A stretch of DNA of 64,000 nucleotides from Eledone cirrhosa (lineage: Eukaryota), in the NCBI GenBank assembly GCA_964016885.1, contig OZ024746.1, forward strand, positions 41,230,001 through 41,294,000, written 5' to 3'. Position numbers and translations under genes: made by a program. The notes under the pieces are model-generated. The model ran no database searches. It was not told the origin of the DNA and saw only the letters and a list, made by a program, of their open reading frames with translations. Shown here in pieces: positions 27,699 through 41,000 of the stretch; positions within the stretch are counted from its first letter, which is position 1; each line of letters opens with the position of its first letter.

Positions 27699-28035
27699 GG
27701 AGGCACATGGCTTAGTGGTTAGAGCATTGGCCTTGCAATCGAAAGGTTGTGAGTTTAATTCTCAGACCGGGTGATGTGTTGTTTCCTTGAGCAAGACACT
27801 TTATTTCACATTGCTCCAGTTTACTCAGCTGTAGAAATGAGATGATAGGGACTGGGGTCCATATCATTCCACTGCAAAGTGGTCGTGCAGGTGACACGGC
27901 AAAAAAGCACCCAGCACTCACTGTAAATGAGGTTGGTGTTAGGAAGGGCATCCAGCTGTAGAAATCAAGCCAAAAATCAGTTCCCGTCCCACCCTTGCAA
28001 GCAGGGAAAAAGCGGACGTAAAATGAAATGATGAT
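27699..28035 (+). mobile_element. tRNA-derived SINE family C with RTE-derived 3' end
   Basis: A/B-box head; CCTTGAGCAAGACAC central motif; tail GTCCCACCCTTGCAAGCAGGGAAAA-GCGGACGTAAAATGA shared with the RTE end at 20030-20070. Confidence 0.85.
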
Positions 28036-28339
28036 ATACCTGTCAATTTCACATGCTGGCTAGTCCATTGACCAAACAACTGTAATAGTCATTTTTAAAA
28101 TTGATGGATGTCCATCAGCAATGTGTATATGTAGTAAGTGGCTTAAAAGAAAAATCAAAGAAAAACATCAATGAATAGTTTAGGAATAAATATTATATTG
28201 TTATAGAGATGGTGAAATGTATTAACAGGAATGCTTTCAAATGTTTCATGCTTTGTTTTGCATGCAAAATATTCCATAAGCATAAGATCTTGTTTGCATC
28301 TTGTATCTTGTATCTTTTGTCTTGTTTATATGTATGTTT

Positions 28340-28852
28340 TGTATGTACATCCACACACACACACACATATATATATATGCATATATACGTACATATATAT
28401 ACATACAGATGTACATACACACATGCACACACAAACACACCCATATATACATACATCCATACTTAAATACATACACACACATATACACATATATATACAC
28501 ACACATATATATATACACACAAGTATGTACATCCACACACACATATATATATATATATATGCATATATACGTACATATATATACATACATATGTACATAC
28601 ACACACGCACACACAAACACACCCATATATACATACCTCCATACTTAAATACATACACACACATATACACATATATATACACAAACATATATATATACAC
28701 ACACATACACACAAGTATGTACATCCACACACACACACACATATATATATATATGCATATATACGTACATATACATACATATGTACATACACACACGCAC
28801 ACACAAACACACCCATATATACATACATCCATACTTAAATACATACACACAC
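28340..28852. repeat. Higher-order repeat of a ~180-bp compound microsatellite unit (about 3 copies)
   Basis: Recurring anchors gtatgtacatccacac and ccatacttaaatac. Confidence 0.75.
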
Positions 28853-31800
28853 ATCATCATCATCATCATCACCGTTTTACGTCCGTTCTTCCACGCTAGC
28901 ATGGGTTAGACGGGTTGTCCTGTTGTGGGCAGTGTCTGGTCGGCTGACCAGGCCTTGCTCATACAGGAACTGATCTGGCTTGATTTCTACAGCTGGATGC
29001 CCTTCCTAACACCAACCTCATTTACAGTGAGTGCTGGGTGCTTTTTCGTGGCGCCTACACGTCCACTTTACAGTGTGGGCTGGGTGCTTTTTTGCCGTGG
29101 CACCTCCACGGCCACCTTGCGGTGGAGGGGGGGGGAGGGGGCATATTGTTTATATGCTTCAGCATGTACCCATGGGAGGTCGGGTACCCTGTATTACTGC
29201 GTGACGCCAGAAGTCACGGTCGTGTGTCATTGACTTTGAGAGGTGTAGTTGGGTAAGGTCGGCTTTTATCACCTCATCCCAAGTCATCTTGGGTCTCCCC
29301 ACTCCGCGGTTTCCATCAACTTCTAGTGCTCTGCACCTTTTTATGCAGCTGTCATCCTTCATACGCATCACATGTCCATACCAGCGTAACCGCCTCTCCT
29401 GCACGCAGCATTTGATTCCTCTTATGCTCAGTCTCTCTCTCAATTCCTTTATGCTTTGTCGTTCACGTATATTACTGTTACACATCCATCGGAGCATGCA
29501 GGCTTCGTTTCTCTCTAATCTACGTAAGTCTTCCACCTTCAGCGCCCAGGTCTCACTACCATGCAACATCGCTGTTCGGATACACGCATCATACAGTCTG
29601 CCTTTCATTCTGAGGGAGAAGCCTTTTGCAGCTAGCAGTGGTAGTAGTTCCCTAAACTTCTTCCATCCCGTTCTTACCCTAGTTATTGTACTTTCTGAGC
29701 ACCCACCTCCGTTGCTAATTCGGTCACCTAGGTAGCAGAAGCTGTCTACTGTTTCTACAGGGCCCTCCCAGAGATTGGTGGTACTTGTTTCCTGTGGCTG
29801 TTTGCTTGCTGTTTCAGCACAGCTGCTGCATGTGAATCCTACATTCTTAATTAAGCTTCCTGAGATCCCGCTACATCTCTTGTGTACCCATTGTTTGCAT
29901 TTGGGGCAGAGAATGGAGTTTCTACCTACACCTTTCCTACATACTGAGCAAGGCCATTTCCCTGAGGGGATCTGGGTTCTGTTTTCTCGTCTACTTACAA
30001 GGACCTTAGTCTTTGTCATGTTGACTTTGAGGCCCTTTCTCTCTAGTCCCTGCTTCCAGGTTTGGAATTTATTCTCTAGTTCTACCATAGATTCAGCTAT
30101 GAGTGCGAGGTCATCAGCATACAGGAGTTCCCATGGGCATCCGGTCTTAAACTCCTCCGTTATTGCCTGCAGGACTATGATGAACAGGAGAGGGCTAAGA
30201 ACAGAGCCCTGGTGGACCCCAACCTGTACGCTAAATTCCTCGCTATACTCATTGCCAATCCTAACTTTGCTGACTGCTCCCCTATACATGGCTTGTACCG
30301 CTTTCACAAGCCATTCATCTACTCCTAGTTTTCTAAGAGCCCACCAGATTACTGCACGTGGAACTCTGTCAAAGGCTTTCTCAAGGTCGACAAATGCCAA
30401 GTAGAGTGGCTTACTTTTAGCTAGGTACTTTTCCTGTAATTGCCTCACAAGGAAGAGGGCATCAGTGGTGCCTTTCCCTGGTACAAACCCAAATTGCATC
30501 TCGTCTATATTCACCCGGTCCCTAATCAGCTGTGCTATAACTCTTTCTGTTACTTTCATGACCTGGTCCATCAACTTTATACCTCTATAGTTTCCTCTAT
30601 CTAGTGCATCGCCTTTACCTTTGTAGCAGTTGACAATGATGCTACTGCACCAATCTTTTGGTATGGCCCCCTCTAGTATTACCTGGTTAACGATACGTGT
30701 GGTTATAGTGTGACCTACAGACCCAGATGCCTTCAGCATCTCGGCAGCTATACCCGATGGACCGGTTGCCTTCCCTATCTTCATATCTCTGATTGCCTTA
30801 CTTACTACGCTGCCGCTGACTTGTACTGCTGGTCCCTCTATAGGGTCTACGTGGGGTAGGGTCTCTTCTTCCCATGCATTCTCCTCATTTAGTAATCTAT
30901 CATAATGACTCTTCCATGCATCTTTCTTCTCAGCACTTGTGAGGGCAAGCTCACCTTTATCATTCCGGATACACTTCTCTCCAATGACATCACAACTATC
31001 TCTGACACACTGCCTCGCAATCTTGAATACCTCCTGTTTCTGGTCCTCACGTTGTAAAACATGCTTGAATTTTCTATCCTCTGCTTCCCTCCTAGCTAAG
31101 TATACTTGTCGCCTAGCTTCCCTCTTGGTCTCTATGTAATGTACCCTGCTCCCCCCGTTCTTCCATTCTTTCCATGCCTGTCTCTTGGCCTTGACTGCTT
31201 CATCTACCTTATTGTTCCACCACCGAGTCACTCTCCTCCTGCTTGAGGTCTTACTCCAGCCACAAACCTCATCCGTCGCCACTAGTAAGTTATTTTTTAG
31301 GAACTCCCAGTTCTCTTCTACGTTAAATGTCTCTATCTGTTCTTCTTTACTGTCGTAGGCGTTGAGTAAAATATCTTTAAATCTGTTACTGGTTGAGGGG
31401 ACTTTCAGCTTCCAGATCTTTCTTCTCCAGGTTGGCCTCTGTTTCAGGGCTCGTCTAGTTCTGACCGTGAGGTCGCTGACAACTAAGCTATGTTGGGATG
31501 TACATTCCTCACTAGGGAAGGCTTTTGTGTTTACGACCGTCCATCTGTCACGTCCTCTGATGAGGATAAAATCTAACTGACTAGAGTGCTCCCCTGATCT
31601 ATAGGTGATCAGGTGGTTGTCGGGTTTTTTAAAGTTTGTGTTACATATCGACATGTCATTGGCGTCGCAGAATTCTAGAAGTCTGAATCCTTCCTCATTC
31701 CTTGTGCCAACTCCATGGCCTCCATGTACTCTATTGAAGCCGTCGCAGTGTTTACCTACGTGTCCGTTAAAATCTCCTGCAATGATTAGGAAGTCCTTGT

Positions 31801-32446
31801 CGTCTGTTAGAGCAGTAGTGTGTATTAGGGACTCGTAAAACCTATCCTTAAGTTCGTCTGGCAGCCCCGATTGGGGTGCGTAAGCTGATATTATTGTGGT
31901 AATTGTCTTATTCAGGACTAGTCTAAGTTTAATGATTCTTGCATTTACCCTGTACACTGAGATTACTTTATCTACCCACTTGTCAGCTAATAGTATACCT
32001 ACACCACCCATCCCATCGTCATTTCCCACCCAGAAAAATTTGTAGCACTGGCTTTTTCCTACAAGGACTCTAGCAGACCCTCCTCTCCATCTAGTCTCTT
32101 GCACACAGCATACATCAACTTCCTTTCGCTCTAGCATTTCTACGATTTCTCCTGCTCTTCCTTTCATTGAGCCTACATTGATGGTACCAACTCGGAGTTT
32201 TGGGCATTTGTCGACACTCGTAGGGGAGGGTCTCTGGGTTGGCGCTTCACGTGGGTGCTTGGTAGCTCGCAGATTCATATTTCATCTATTGATTCAGAGT
32301 TGCTCGTGTATTCCCAGCTCATCCATCCATAACGGTGGGAAAATTGAGGGCTAGAAGAACAGTGGTGGTGGGGTAATGGCAGGGTGTGTTGGGATGCGCC
32401 AGAGGAGGAGAGAGTTAGTTAGGCAGGTAGTAGCAGCAGCAGTGGA
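28853..32446 (-). mobile_element. Full-length or near full-length RTE-clade LINE
   Basis: Single long ORF, short 5' leader, ~300-nt 3' UTR ending in (TGA)n. Confidence 0.93.
29159..32278 (-). CDS. RTE LINE polyprotein: AP endonuclease + reverse transcriptase with embedded PHD-like zinc finger (1039 aa, uninterrupted)
   Basis: APE motifs CVQETRW, AYAPQ, GDFNGHVG, LDFIL; RT motifs NYRGIKL, QFGF, FVDLEKAFD, GVHQGSVLSP, LYADD; C-terminal LRWYGHV and GRPKMTW. Confidence 0.95.
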   Translation of the reverse strand: MNLRATKHPREAPTQRPSPTSVDKCPKLRVGTINVGSMKGRAGEIVEMLERKEVDVCCVQETRWRGGSARVLVGKSQCYKFFWVGNDDGMGGVGILLADKWVDKVISVYRVNARIIKLRLVLNKTITTIISAYAPQSGLPDELKDRFYESLIHTTALTDDKDFLIIAGDFNGHVGKHCDGFNRVHGGHGVGTRNEEGFRLLEFCDANDMSICNTNFKKPDNHLITYRSGEHSSQLDFILIRGRDRWTVVNTKAFPSEECTSQHSLVVSDLTVRTRRALKQRPTWRRKIWKLKVPSTSNRFKDILLNAYDSKEEQIETFNVEENWEFLKNNLLVATDEVCGWSKTSSRRRVTRWWNNKVDEAVKAKRQAWKEWKNGGSRVHYIETKREARRQVYLARREAEDRKFKHVLQREDQKQEVFKIARQCVRDSCDVIGEKCIRNDKGELALTSAEKKDAWKSHYDRLLNEENAWEEETLPHVDPIEGPAVQVSGSVVSKAIRDMKIGKATGPSGIAAEMLKASGSVGHTITTRIVNQVILEGAIPKDWCSSIIVNCYKGKGDALDRGNYRGIKLMDQVMKVTERVIAQLIRDRVNIDEMQFGFVPGKGTTDALFLVRQLQEKYLAKSKPLYLAFVDLEKAFDRVPRAVIWWALRKLGVDEWLVKAVQAMYRGAVSKVRIGNEYSEEFSVQVGVHQGSVLSPLLFIIVLQAITEEFKTGCPWELLYADDLALIAESMVELENKFQTWKQGLERKGLKVNMTKTKVLVSRRENRTQIPSGKWPCSVCRKGVGRNSILCPKCKQWVHKRCSGISGSLIKNVGFTCSSCAETASKQPQETSTTNLWEGPVETVDSFCYLGDRISNGGGCSESTITRVRTGWKKFRELLPLLAAKGFSLRMKGRLYDACIRTAMLHGSETWALKVEDLRRLERNEACMLRWMCNSNIRERQSIKELRERLSIRGIKCCVQERRLRWYGHVMRMKDDSCIKRCRALEVDGNRGVGRPKMTWDEVIKADLTQLHLSKSMTHDRDFWRHAVIQGTRPPMGTC

Positions 32447-32937
32447 AATATACACATATATATACACAAACATATATATATACACACACACATACACACA
32501 AGTAGTGGAGAAAAAGAAAGATTTATTGATTCTCATTATTTCTCTTCTCATTTAATACACATTTAAATTTTTATTACATGAATATATATTTATAGTGTAT
32601 ATGAGCATGTGGCAAAATACAAGACTGGGTGGTTTTATGGAGAACAAGGTGTTCCAATGTAGCACACCACTCCTCTCTAGGGCACTGGCAAATACAAAAG
32701 AATAGCACTGTGACTAAACTGATTTAGGGGTTCAGACTCCAGATTTATCTTCAAAATTTACTCATGGCTGGATTAACTTCTTTTGAGGTGCTAAAAAAGT
32801 ATGGTGTCTTCATGTATAAAGTTGGCAAAAAAAAAAAAATGTTTTGAATGACTAATATAGTTAATTTGAATAAAATGGTGCTTTTCTTCCCTGGGTGCAC
32901 TAAACATGAGCTTATTTTTCTTAATGGTTAATCTAGC

Positions 32938-33021
32938 TCTGAGTTTATTAAGGCCTGAGTTTATTAAGGTCCTGAGTTTATTAAGGTCCTGAGTTTATTA
33001 AGGTCCTGAGTTTATTAAGGC
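32938..33021. repeat. 17-bp tandem repeat x5 (cctgagtttattaaggt)
   Basis: Direct reading. Confidence 0.9.
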
Positions 33022-33940
33022 CATGTTTGAGTCTGGTTACTCTGGAGTTTCTCTTGTTTACTTACAGAGTCACGAGATAAGACTATAAATTGTTTTAGTC
33101 TTATTTGATGACCCTATCAGCACAGAAGAGAAATTCCTGAATAATACAACTCAAACTTGGACTTAACAAAGGAAATATTAATCTCTACTATATATAGGTG
33201 TTACGAAGAGCATGAAGTTGTAGAAAAACTGCCTCAAAACGTCTCACCCAACCCATGCAGGCATAGAATAGCAGACATAAAAACAATGATGATGATGATG
33301 GTTAAGATGATGATGACGATAATGAAGATGATGATGTGATGGTTAAGATGATGATGATGATGTTGATGGTACAAAATGAAAATGTTAAGTAGCGATGGTT
33401 GATTTCTAAGCCACTGCTTAATGAATTTAAAAAATGCGTGCACACACACACACACACACATACACACACACACACACACATACACACACATATGTATATA
33501 CATACATACACACAAACAAATAGACACAGACACGCACACATACACACATATACATACACACATAAATGCATAAAAACACACACACACACATACAAAAAGA
33601 CAAGACTATGACAATCTTAAAACCAATCATAGTTTCTTTTACGTTATTCTTTCTTCCTTAATTATTCTTTCCTCTTTCTTTCGACAATTACCTCCCCACC
33701 CCACACCCAAAACAAAACAACAACAAAAAATCAAAGCACACAAAAAAACATAAAAATTAAATAAATAATAATAATAAAAATGACAAAAAATAAAAATAAA
33801 ACATCAATCAAAGCATTGAATGATCAATGATCAGAAGAATCAATTAAGCAGAAAGCACTATGTGCTTTGGTAGTCTTGGCTGGTCAGCAAGGTTTTAGTT
33901 AAGTGATGGCGTGTGGAATCTGATAGAGGATAGCGTGATT

Positions 33941-34675
33941 TGTGTGCCATTCCATGATTCCTTTACCCTCCACATGTGTGCCATCCCATTAGTCCTTTAC
34001 CCTCCACATGTGTGCCATCCCATTAGTCCTTTACCCTCCACATGTGTGCCATTTCATGGTTCATTTACTCTCCGCATGTGTGCCATTCCATGGTTCATTT
34101 ACCCTCTACATGTGTGCCATCCCATGATTCATTTACCCTCCACATGTGTGCCATCCCATGATTTCTTTACCCTCCACATGTGTGCCATTCCATGGTTCAT
34201 TTTCCCTCCACATGTGGGGCCACCCCATGGTTCATTTATCCCCCACATGTGTGCCATTCTATGATTCATTTATCCTCCACATGTGTGCCATCCCATGATT
34301 CATTTATCCCCCACATGTGTGCCATTTCATGGTTCCTTTACCCTCCACATCTGTGCCATTCCATTCATGAGTCCTTTACCCTCCACATGTGGGGCCATCC
34401 CATGATTTATTTACCCTCCATGTGTGTGGCCATTTCCTGGTTCATTTATCCTCCACATGTGTGCCATTCCATGATTCCTTTACCCTCCACATGTGTGCCA
34501 TTTCATGGTTCATTTACCCTCCACATGTGTGCCAATCCATGGTTCCTTTACCCTCCACATGTGTGCCATTCCATGGTTCCTTTACTCCCCATATGTGTGC
34601 CATTCCAATGACTCCTTTACTCCCCACATGTGTGGAAATTCCATTGATGGATAGTTTCTTTACCCTCCACATGGC
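33941..34675. repeat. ~34-bp minisatellite, about 21 diverged copies
   Basis: Unit tgtgtgccattccatggttcatttaccctccaca. Confidence 0.92.
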
Positions 34676-34824
34676 TTTTACATAAATCAACTGATACACG
34701 TTGAGAAACATCCATGTTCACATACACAGACACACACCTATACATACATAAACACACACACACATGCACACGGACATTAAGACACACACACATTTATACA
34801 TACATAAACACACATACACACACA

Positions 34825-34940
<116 letters not shown>

Positions 34941-35380
34941 TAAACACACATACACACATACACATACACACAGACATTAAGACACACACACATCTATACA
35001 TACATAAACACACACATACACATGGACATTAAGACACAGACACATCTATGCATACATAAACACACACATACATACACACACATGCACATGGACATTAAGA
35101 CACATTATCACATACACAATTACACGTACATGCATATGTACACTGGCGTTAAGACATACTTTTATACATTCACAACACACACATACAGAAATACATAATC
35201 ACGCACATGTACACTGGCATTAAGACATGCACATACACACATGCACATACACATACACATAGGCATTAAGGAATACTTACACATAAATACACACACATAC
35301 ACACTAAGGAATGCAAATATGTGCACAGGCATAAACATGACAAGTATAAACATTCTCTCTCACACACATGCACACACACT

Positions 35381-35429
<49 letters not shown>

Positions 35430-35519
35430 TATATACATTCATATTTATTCTATTCTGGTTAAATACACTTAAGTAATGTTAATAATAGCAGTGAAGAAAT
35501 TACTACAACTGTATGGTTG

Positions 35520-36105
35520 ATGATGATGATGGCGGTGTTGGTGGTGTTGGAGGGTGGTGGTGTTGGGAATGGTGATGGTAGTAGTGGTGCTGGTGTAGGG
35601 GTAGTGTTGGGGGTGGTGTTAGTGGCAGTGGTGATGTTAGTGGTGGTCTTGTGCTGTGGTAGTAGTGCTGATGTTGCTTGTGGTGGTGGTGTTAGTGGTG
35701 GTGGTGTTAGCAGTGGTGTTAGTGGTAGTGGTGGTGGTGGTGTTGGTGGTGGTGTTGGTGGTGGTGTTAGTGGTAGTGGTGGTGATCGTAGAGATGGTGG
35801 TAGTGGTGGTCTTTGTACAGTGGTAGTAGTGGTGATGGTGGTAGCAGTGGTGGCGGTGTGTGTGTGTGTGGTGGTGATAGTGGTGATCTTTGTGGTGTGG
35901 TAGTAGTGGTGATGTTGCTTATTGTGGTGGTGGCAGTGGTGGTAGTGGCAGTGGTGGTTGTGGTGATGGTGGGGGTGGGGTGATAGTAGTGGTGATGGTG
36001 CTTGTTGTGATGGTGGTGGTGGCATTGGTGGTGTGGTGATCGTGGGGTGGTGTATTAGTAGTGGTGATGTTGCTTATGTTTCTGGTGTTAGTGGTGGTGG
36101 TTTGG
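35520..36105. repeat. (GGT)n-rich low-complexity block
   Basis: Direct reading. Confidence 0.9.
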
Positions 36106-36162
36106 TGCAGACGGGTATGATTGAATAGAGGAGAAATAAAGATAGAAAGAAAAAAGAGAGAG

Positions 36163-36196
<34 letters not shown>

Positions 36197-38039
36197 AACG
36201 AAGAAAGCAGATCTAAAATTAAAAACAAAAATAAATCAGAAAAGCAAGAAAATAAAATAAAAAAGAAACAAAATAAGGAATCCAACAAATCTTGAATCAA
36301 CAAAGCAACAACAACAAAAATAACAAAAACAAAAACAATACAAAAACAACAACAACAACAATAAAATAAACAAATAGAACAACTACAACAACAATAACCA
36401 TGGCAGTGAAAATTTTGTAAAATCATTAAAAAAATTTAATATTTGAAAGACAGCTTGTATTATTTGTAAAGGATGGAGAAAATTCAAAGAAAGAATAATG
36501 AAGGTGATGCTGATGATGATAATGATGATGATGATAAGAGTGATTTCTTTATATGCCACAAAGGTAGCACAGATTTATAAATGGCTTGGGTGCACTGGTG
36601 ATAACAAAGAAGATTGGGGTAGATATATATATTTGAAGGCTCCCATCGGTGCTGCATGGCCATAGTTTTGCACTTAGAAAGTTTCCATCCAAGGCACAAA
36701 CCTTGGCAAGGTTTGTTTGTGTAAGACCATCAGTCCCCCATACATACCAGTCTCCCCTCACCACGCCACCGATGTTGTCCAAGGGAAAGACTATAGCTGA
36801 TACAGCTTGGCACTTGTGAGGTCACAACTCATTTTTACAGTTGAGTAAACTGGAGCAATGTGAAATAAAGTGTCTTGCTCAAGGATACAACACATCACCT
36901 GGTCTGAGAATCAAACTCACAACCTTATAATTGTAAGCCCAACACTCTAACCTCTAAGCCATGTGCCCTCATATATATATATAATCCATGCTAGCGTGGA
37001 AGATAGACGTTAAACGATGATGATGATGATATATATAGTGAAACAAAGTGTAGAAGCTAGAAAACGTTGTATACAGATCACATTATATAAGCAAAATGAT
37101 TTTTAAAAAAGGGGTTCGAAAAGCACACCTGGTATATATATATAAAAAGGATCTTTATAACATGTAGAAACAAATTGTTAGTAAAGCCTGCTTTCTCTGT
37201 TTTGGATCTTCAAAACATTTATTTTTTCATTAAAACTCTTGCATGTTGATTTTCAACCACATGTATGTGCAACCATTGGTCTCAGGGTCTTGTTATGGCA
37301 ACCGCTATATATTGGAGGAGGTACAAATGAAGGGCCAGTTTAGAAGTGCCTTCTCCAATTGCCAGTATACAGTGGTGGCCATAACTAAAGTTTAATACAG
37401 AAATAGCTTCTACAGGACTAGAACAATGTTACTCTCTACTAATGTATTGAGTACCTTAGTAACTGTGATTACCCGGGATTCTCACACAGACACACACACA
37501 TATATATGTATATATGTATATATGTATATATGTATATATATATATAAATATTTGAAATGTAGGTGTTCCAATGTAAACAAATATAACAATAGTCAATTAC
37601 TATAATAATAGTTGAGAAAATCAGATAAAGTATCCACGGAGAGGCTTTTGCTCATACAAAACTGATTTTGGCTTGGTTTTTACAGCTGGGTTCCCTTCCA
37701 TTTACAGTGAGTACTGGTTGCTTTTTGTTGTGACACCTACACAACCACTGTACATTGCCGACTGGGTGCTTTTTGTTGTGACACCTACACAACCACTTTA
37801 CAGTGTGGTCTGGTTGCTTTTGACTAAACAAATTAGTGTGATAACGGGGATTTATTAAAACCATTTATTAAAACCATCTGAATGTCCATCTATACTCTTT
37901 TCCATTCAGAGGGTTTAAAAAAAACCCAATATCAGTCAAAATATGGCATAACCTATCTTCTATTGCTTCTATTTCTACTTACTTTCAAACTTCGTTCACT
38001 GACTTCAAAACAAACTTGCTTTGTCATATATATATATAT

Positions 38040-41000
38040 CATCATCATCATCATCGTTTAACGTCCATGTACCGCGCTTGCATGGGTTTGGACGGGAGTT
38101 TTCCCACTTGAGGCAAGAGTGGTTGTCTTGCTCGCATAGGACTGTCTGGCGGGTTTTCTACAGCTGGATGCCCTTCCTAACACCAACCACATTTACAGTG
38201 TGGAACTGGAAGGTTTTTACCGCCGTGTTACCTACACGGCCACATTACAGCGTGGACTGTGTGTTTTTTTGTCGTGACACCTACACGATCTCATTTGTTT
38301 TGGCCTGGATGTTGTGGCACCAACATAACTTTACATTGAAAGGGGCGGCGTGGATGGGGTGGGGGTGGTGGGACGGGGGTGTATTTTGTTAGAGATGCCT
38401 ACTGACTGTAGTAGGTTTTACTTTGTATTTAGGTAAGGCGGGTCTTCTCTATTACTGAGTACCGCCAAAGATCTCGGTCCAGTGACATTGTCTTGGAGAG
38501 GTGTAAGTGTGTGAGGTCGGAATTTATCAGGTCGTCCCAGGTTTTTCTGGGTCTGCCTACTCCGTGGCTACCGTCTATCTTTATTGCCCTGCACTTTTTT
38601 ATACAGCTGTCGTCTTTCATGCGCATCACGTGACCATACCAACGTAGCCTTCTCTCGAGTAAACAACATCTGATCCCTCTTATTTCTAATTTTTCCCTTA
38701 GTTCGTTTATACTATTACACATCCAGCGGAGCATGCAAGCTTCGTTCCTCTCTAGTCTGCGTATATCCTCTGCACACAATGCCCAGGTCTCACTGCCATG
38801 CAACATTGCTGTTCGTATGCAGGCATCATACAGCCTGCCTTTCATTTTTAGGGAGAACCCTTTAGCGGCTAATAGTGGTATAAGCTCTCTGAACTTTTTC
38901 CATCCAGTTCTGACTCTAGCTACTGTACTTTCAGAGCACCCTCCCCCACTACTGATTTTGTCACCCAGGTAACGGAAGCTGTCCACTATTTCTATAGAAC
39001 CCTCTGCGCAATTGAATGAGCTAGTATTTTGTGGGCACTTGCTGCTACTTATTGCACCAGAGCATCGGCCACATATAAAATCTTAGTTAGCTTACCTGTG
39101 ATCCCACTACATCTTTTATGCACCCATACTTTGCATTTGGGACATAAAATGGAGTTTCTACCTACGCCTTTCCTACACACTGAGCATGGCCATTTCCCGG
39201 AAGGGACCGGCGCCTTATTTTCTTTCCTACAAACTAGAACTTTAGTCTTAGCAAGGTTAATTTTAAGGCCTTTTGATTCTAGGCCGTGCTTCCATGTTTG
39301 GAATTTCTTCTCTAGCTCGGCCATTGATTCAGCTATGAGCGTTAGATCATCTGCGTATAGGAGTTCCCATGGGCAGCCGGTCTTGAACTCCACTGTTATA
39401 GCCTGAAGGGCAATAATAAATAGTAGGGGGCTAAGAACAGAGCCCTGATGAACACCAACTTTTATGCTAAACTCTTCACTATATTCATTGTTAATTCTAA
39501 CTTTGCTGACTGTTTCTTTATACATGGCTTGTATAGCTCTCACAAGCCATTCATCAACAGCTAGTTTTCTAAGAGCCCACCAGATAATGGAACGGGGGAC
39601 TCTGTCGAAGGCTTTCTCCAAGTCGACAAAAGCTAAGTATAGGGGTTTACTTTTAGCTAGGTACTTCTCCTGTAGTTGTCGTACAATGAAAAGAGCGTCT
39701 GTGGTACTTTTGCCTGACACAAACCCGAACTGCATTTCATCTAGATCAATTCTCTCTCTGATTAGTTGCGCTATTACTTTTTCCGTGACCTTCATGACCT
39801 GGTCGATTAATTTAATGCCTCTATAGTTACCCCTATCTAGGGCGTCTCCTTTACCCTTGTAGCAGTTAATGATGATGCTGCTACGCCAGTCCTTCGGAAC
39901 AACCCCATTCTGTATGACTTGGTTTACTATCTGGGTGACCATGGTGTGTCCCACCGTTCCAGAGGCTTTCAGCATCTCAGCAACTATTTCCGAAGGCCCA
40001 GCCGCCTTACCTGTCTTCATATCTTTGATTGCCTTACTTATTATACTACCTTCGACTAACACTGCTGGTCCCTCTATTGGATCGATGTGGGGGAGACTTT
40101 CTTTCTCCCATTTATTCTCCTCATTTAGTAGCCTTTCGTAGTGACACTTCCAAGCTACCGTCTTATCAGCGTCAGTGATGGCAAGTACACCGTCATCATT
40201 AAGGACACACTTCTGCCCGACAATATCACGGTTTTCCTTGACACATTGCCTAGCAATCCTGAACACCTCACGTTTTTGGTCCTCGCGTTGTAGAACATGC
40301 TTGAACTTTCTTTCCTCTGCTTCCCTTCTTGCGAAGTACACTTGTCTCCTAGCTTCCCTCCTGGCCACTAGTCTTCTCTACTTCCGCCATACTTTCCAAG
40401 CCTGCTTTTTGGCCTTAATTGACTCCTCCACCTTACTGTTCCACCACCATGTTACTCTCCTCCTGCCTACAGGTCTGCTCCAGCCACAGACTTCGTCCGC
40501 CGCCATCAGCAGGTTTGCTTTCAGGAATTCCCACTGTTCCTCTATATTGTACGACTCTAATTGCTCTTCCTTACTGTCGAAAGCATCAAGTAATATGCTT
40601 TTAAATTTATTTCTGGCTGTGGGGTCCTTTAGCTTCCATATTTTTCTCCTGAGGATAGTCCTCTTCTGCTGTCTAGTACGTCTCATCCTGACTATGAGGT
40701 CGCTAATTATCAGTCTATGGGAGGTGCATTCTTCATGGGGGAGGGATTTAGTGTTTACAACAGACACTCTGTCACGTCTTCTGGTAAGGATATAATCTAC
40801 CTGGCTGGTATGTTCCCCTGATCTGTAGGTGATCAAGTGATTGTCTCGTTTTTTGAAGTTAGTGTTACAGATAGTTAGGTTATTTGCATCACAGAATTCC
40901 AGGATTCTGGAGCCTTCCTCGTTTCTAGTACCAAACCAATTGCCTCTGTGGATTCCGTCATAGCCGTCACAATGTTGTCCAATGTGGCCATTTAGGTCGC

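Noticed and set aside
27699-27775. tRNA genes
   Set aside because: A/B boxes are SINE heads running into SINE bodies; no clean cloverleaf
33911-34711. His/Cys/Pro-rich ORFs
   Set aside because: Products of a 34-bp unit cycling through frames
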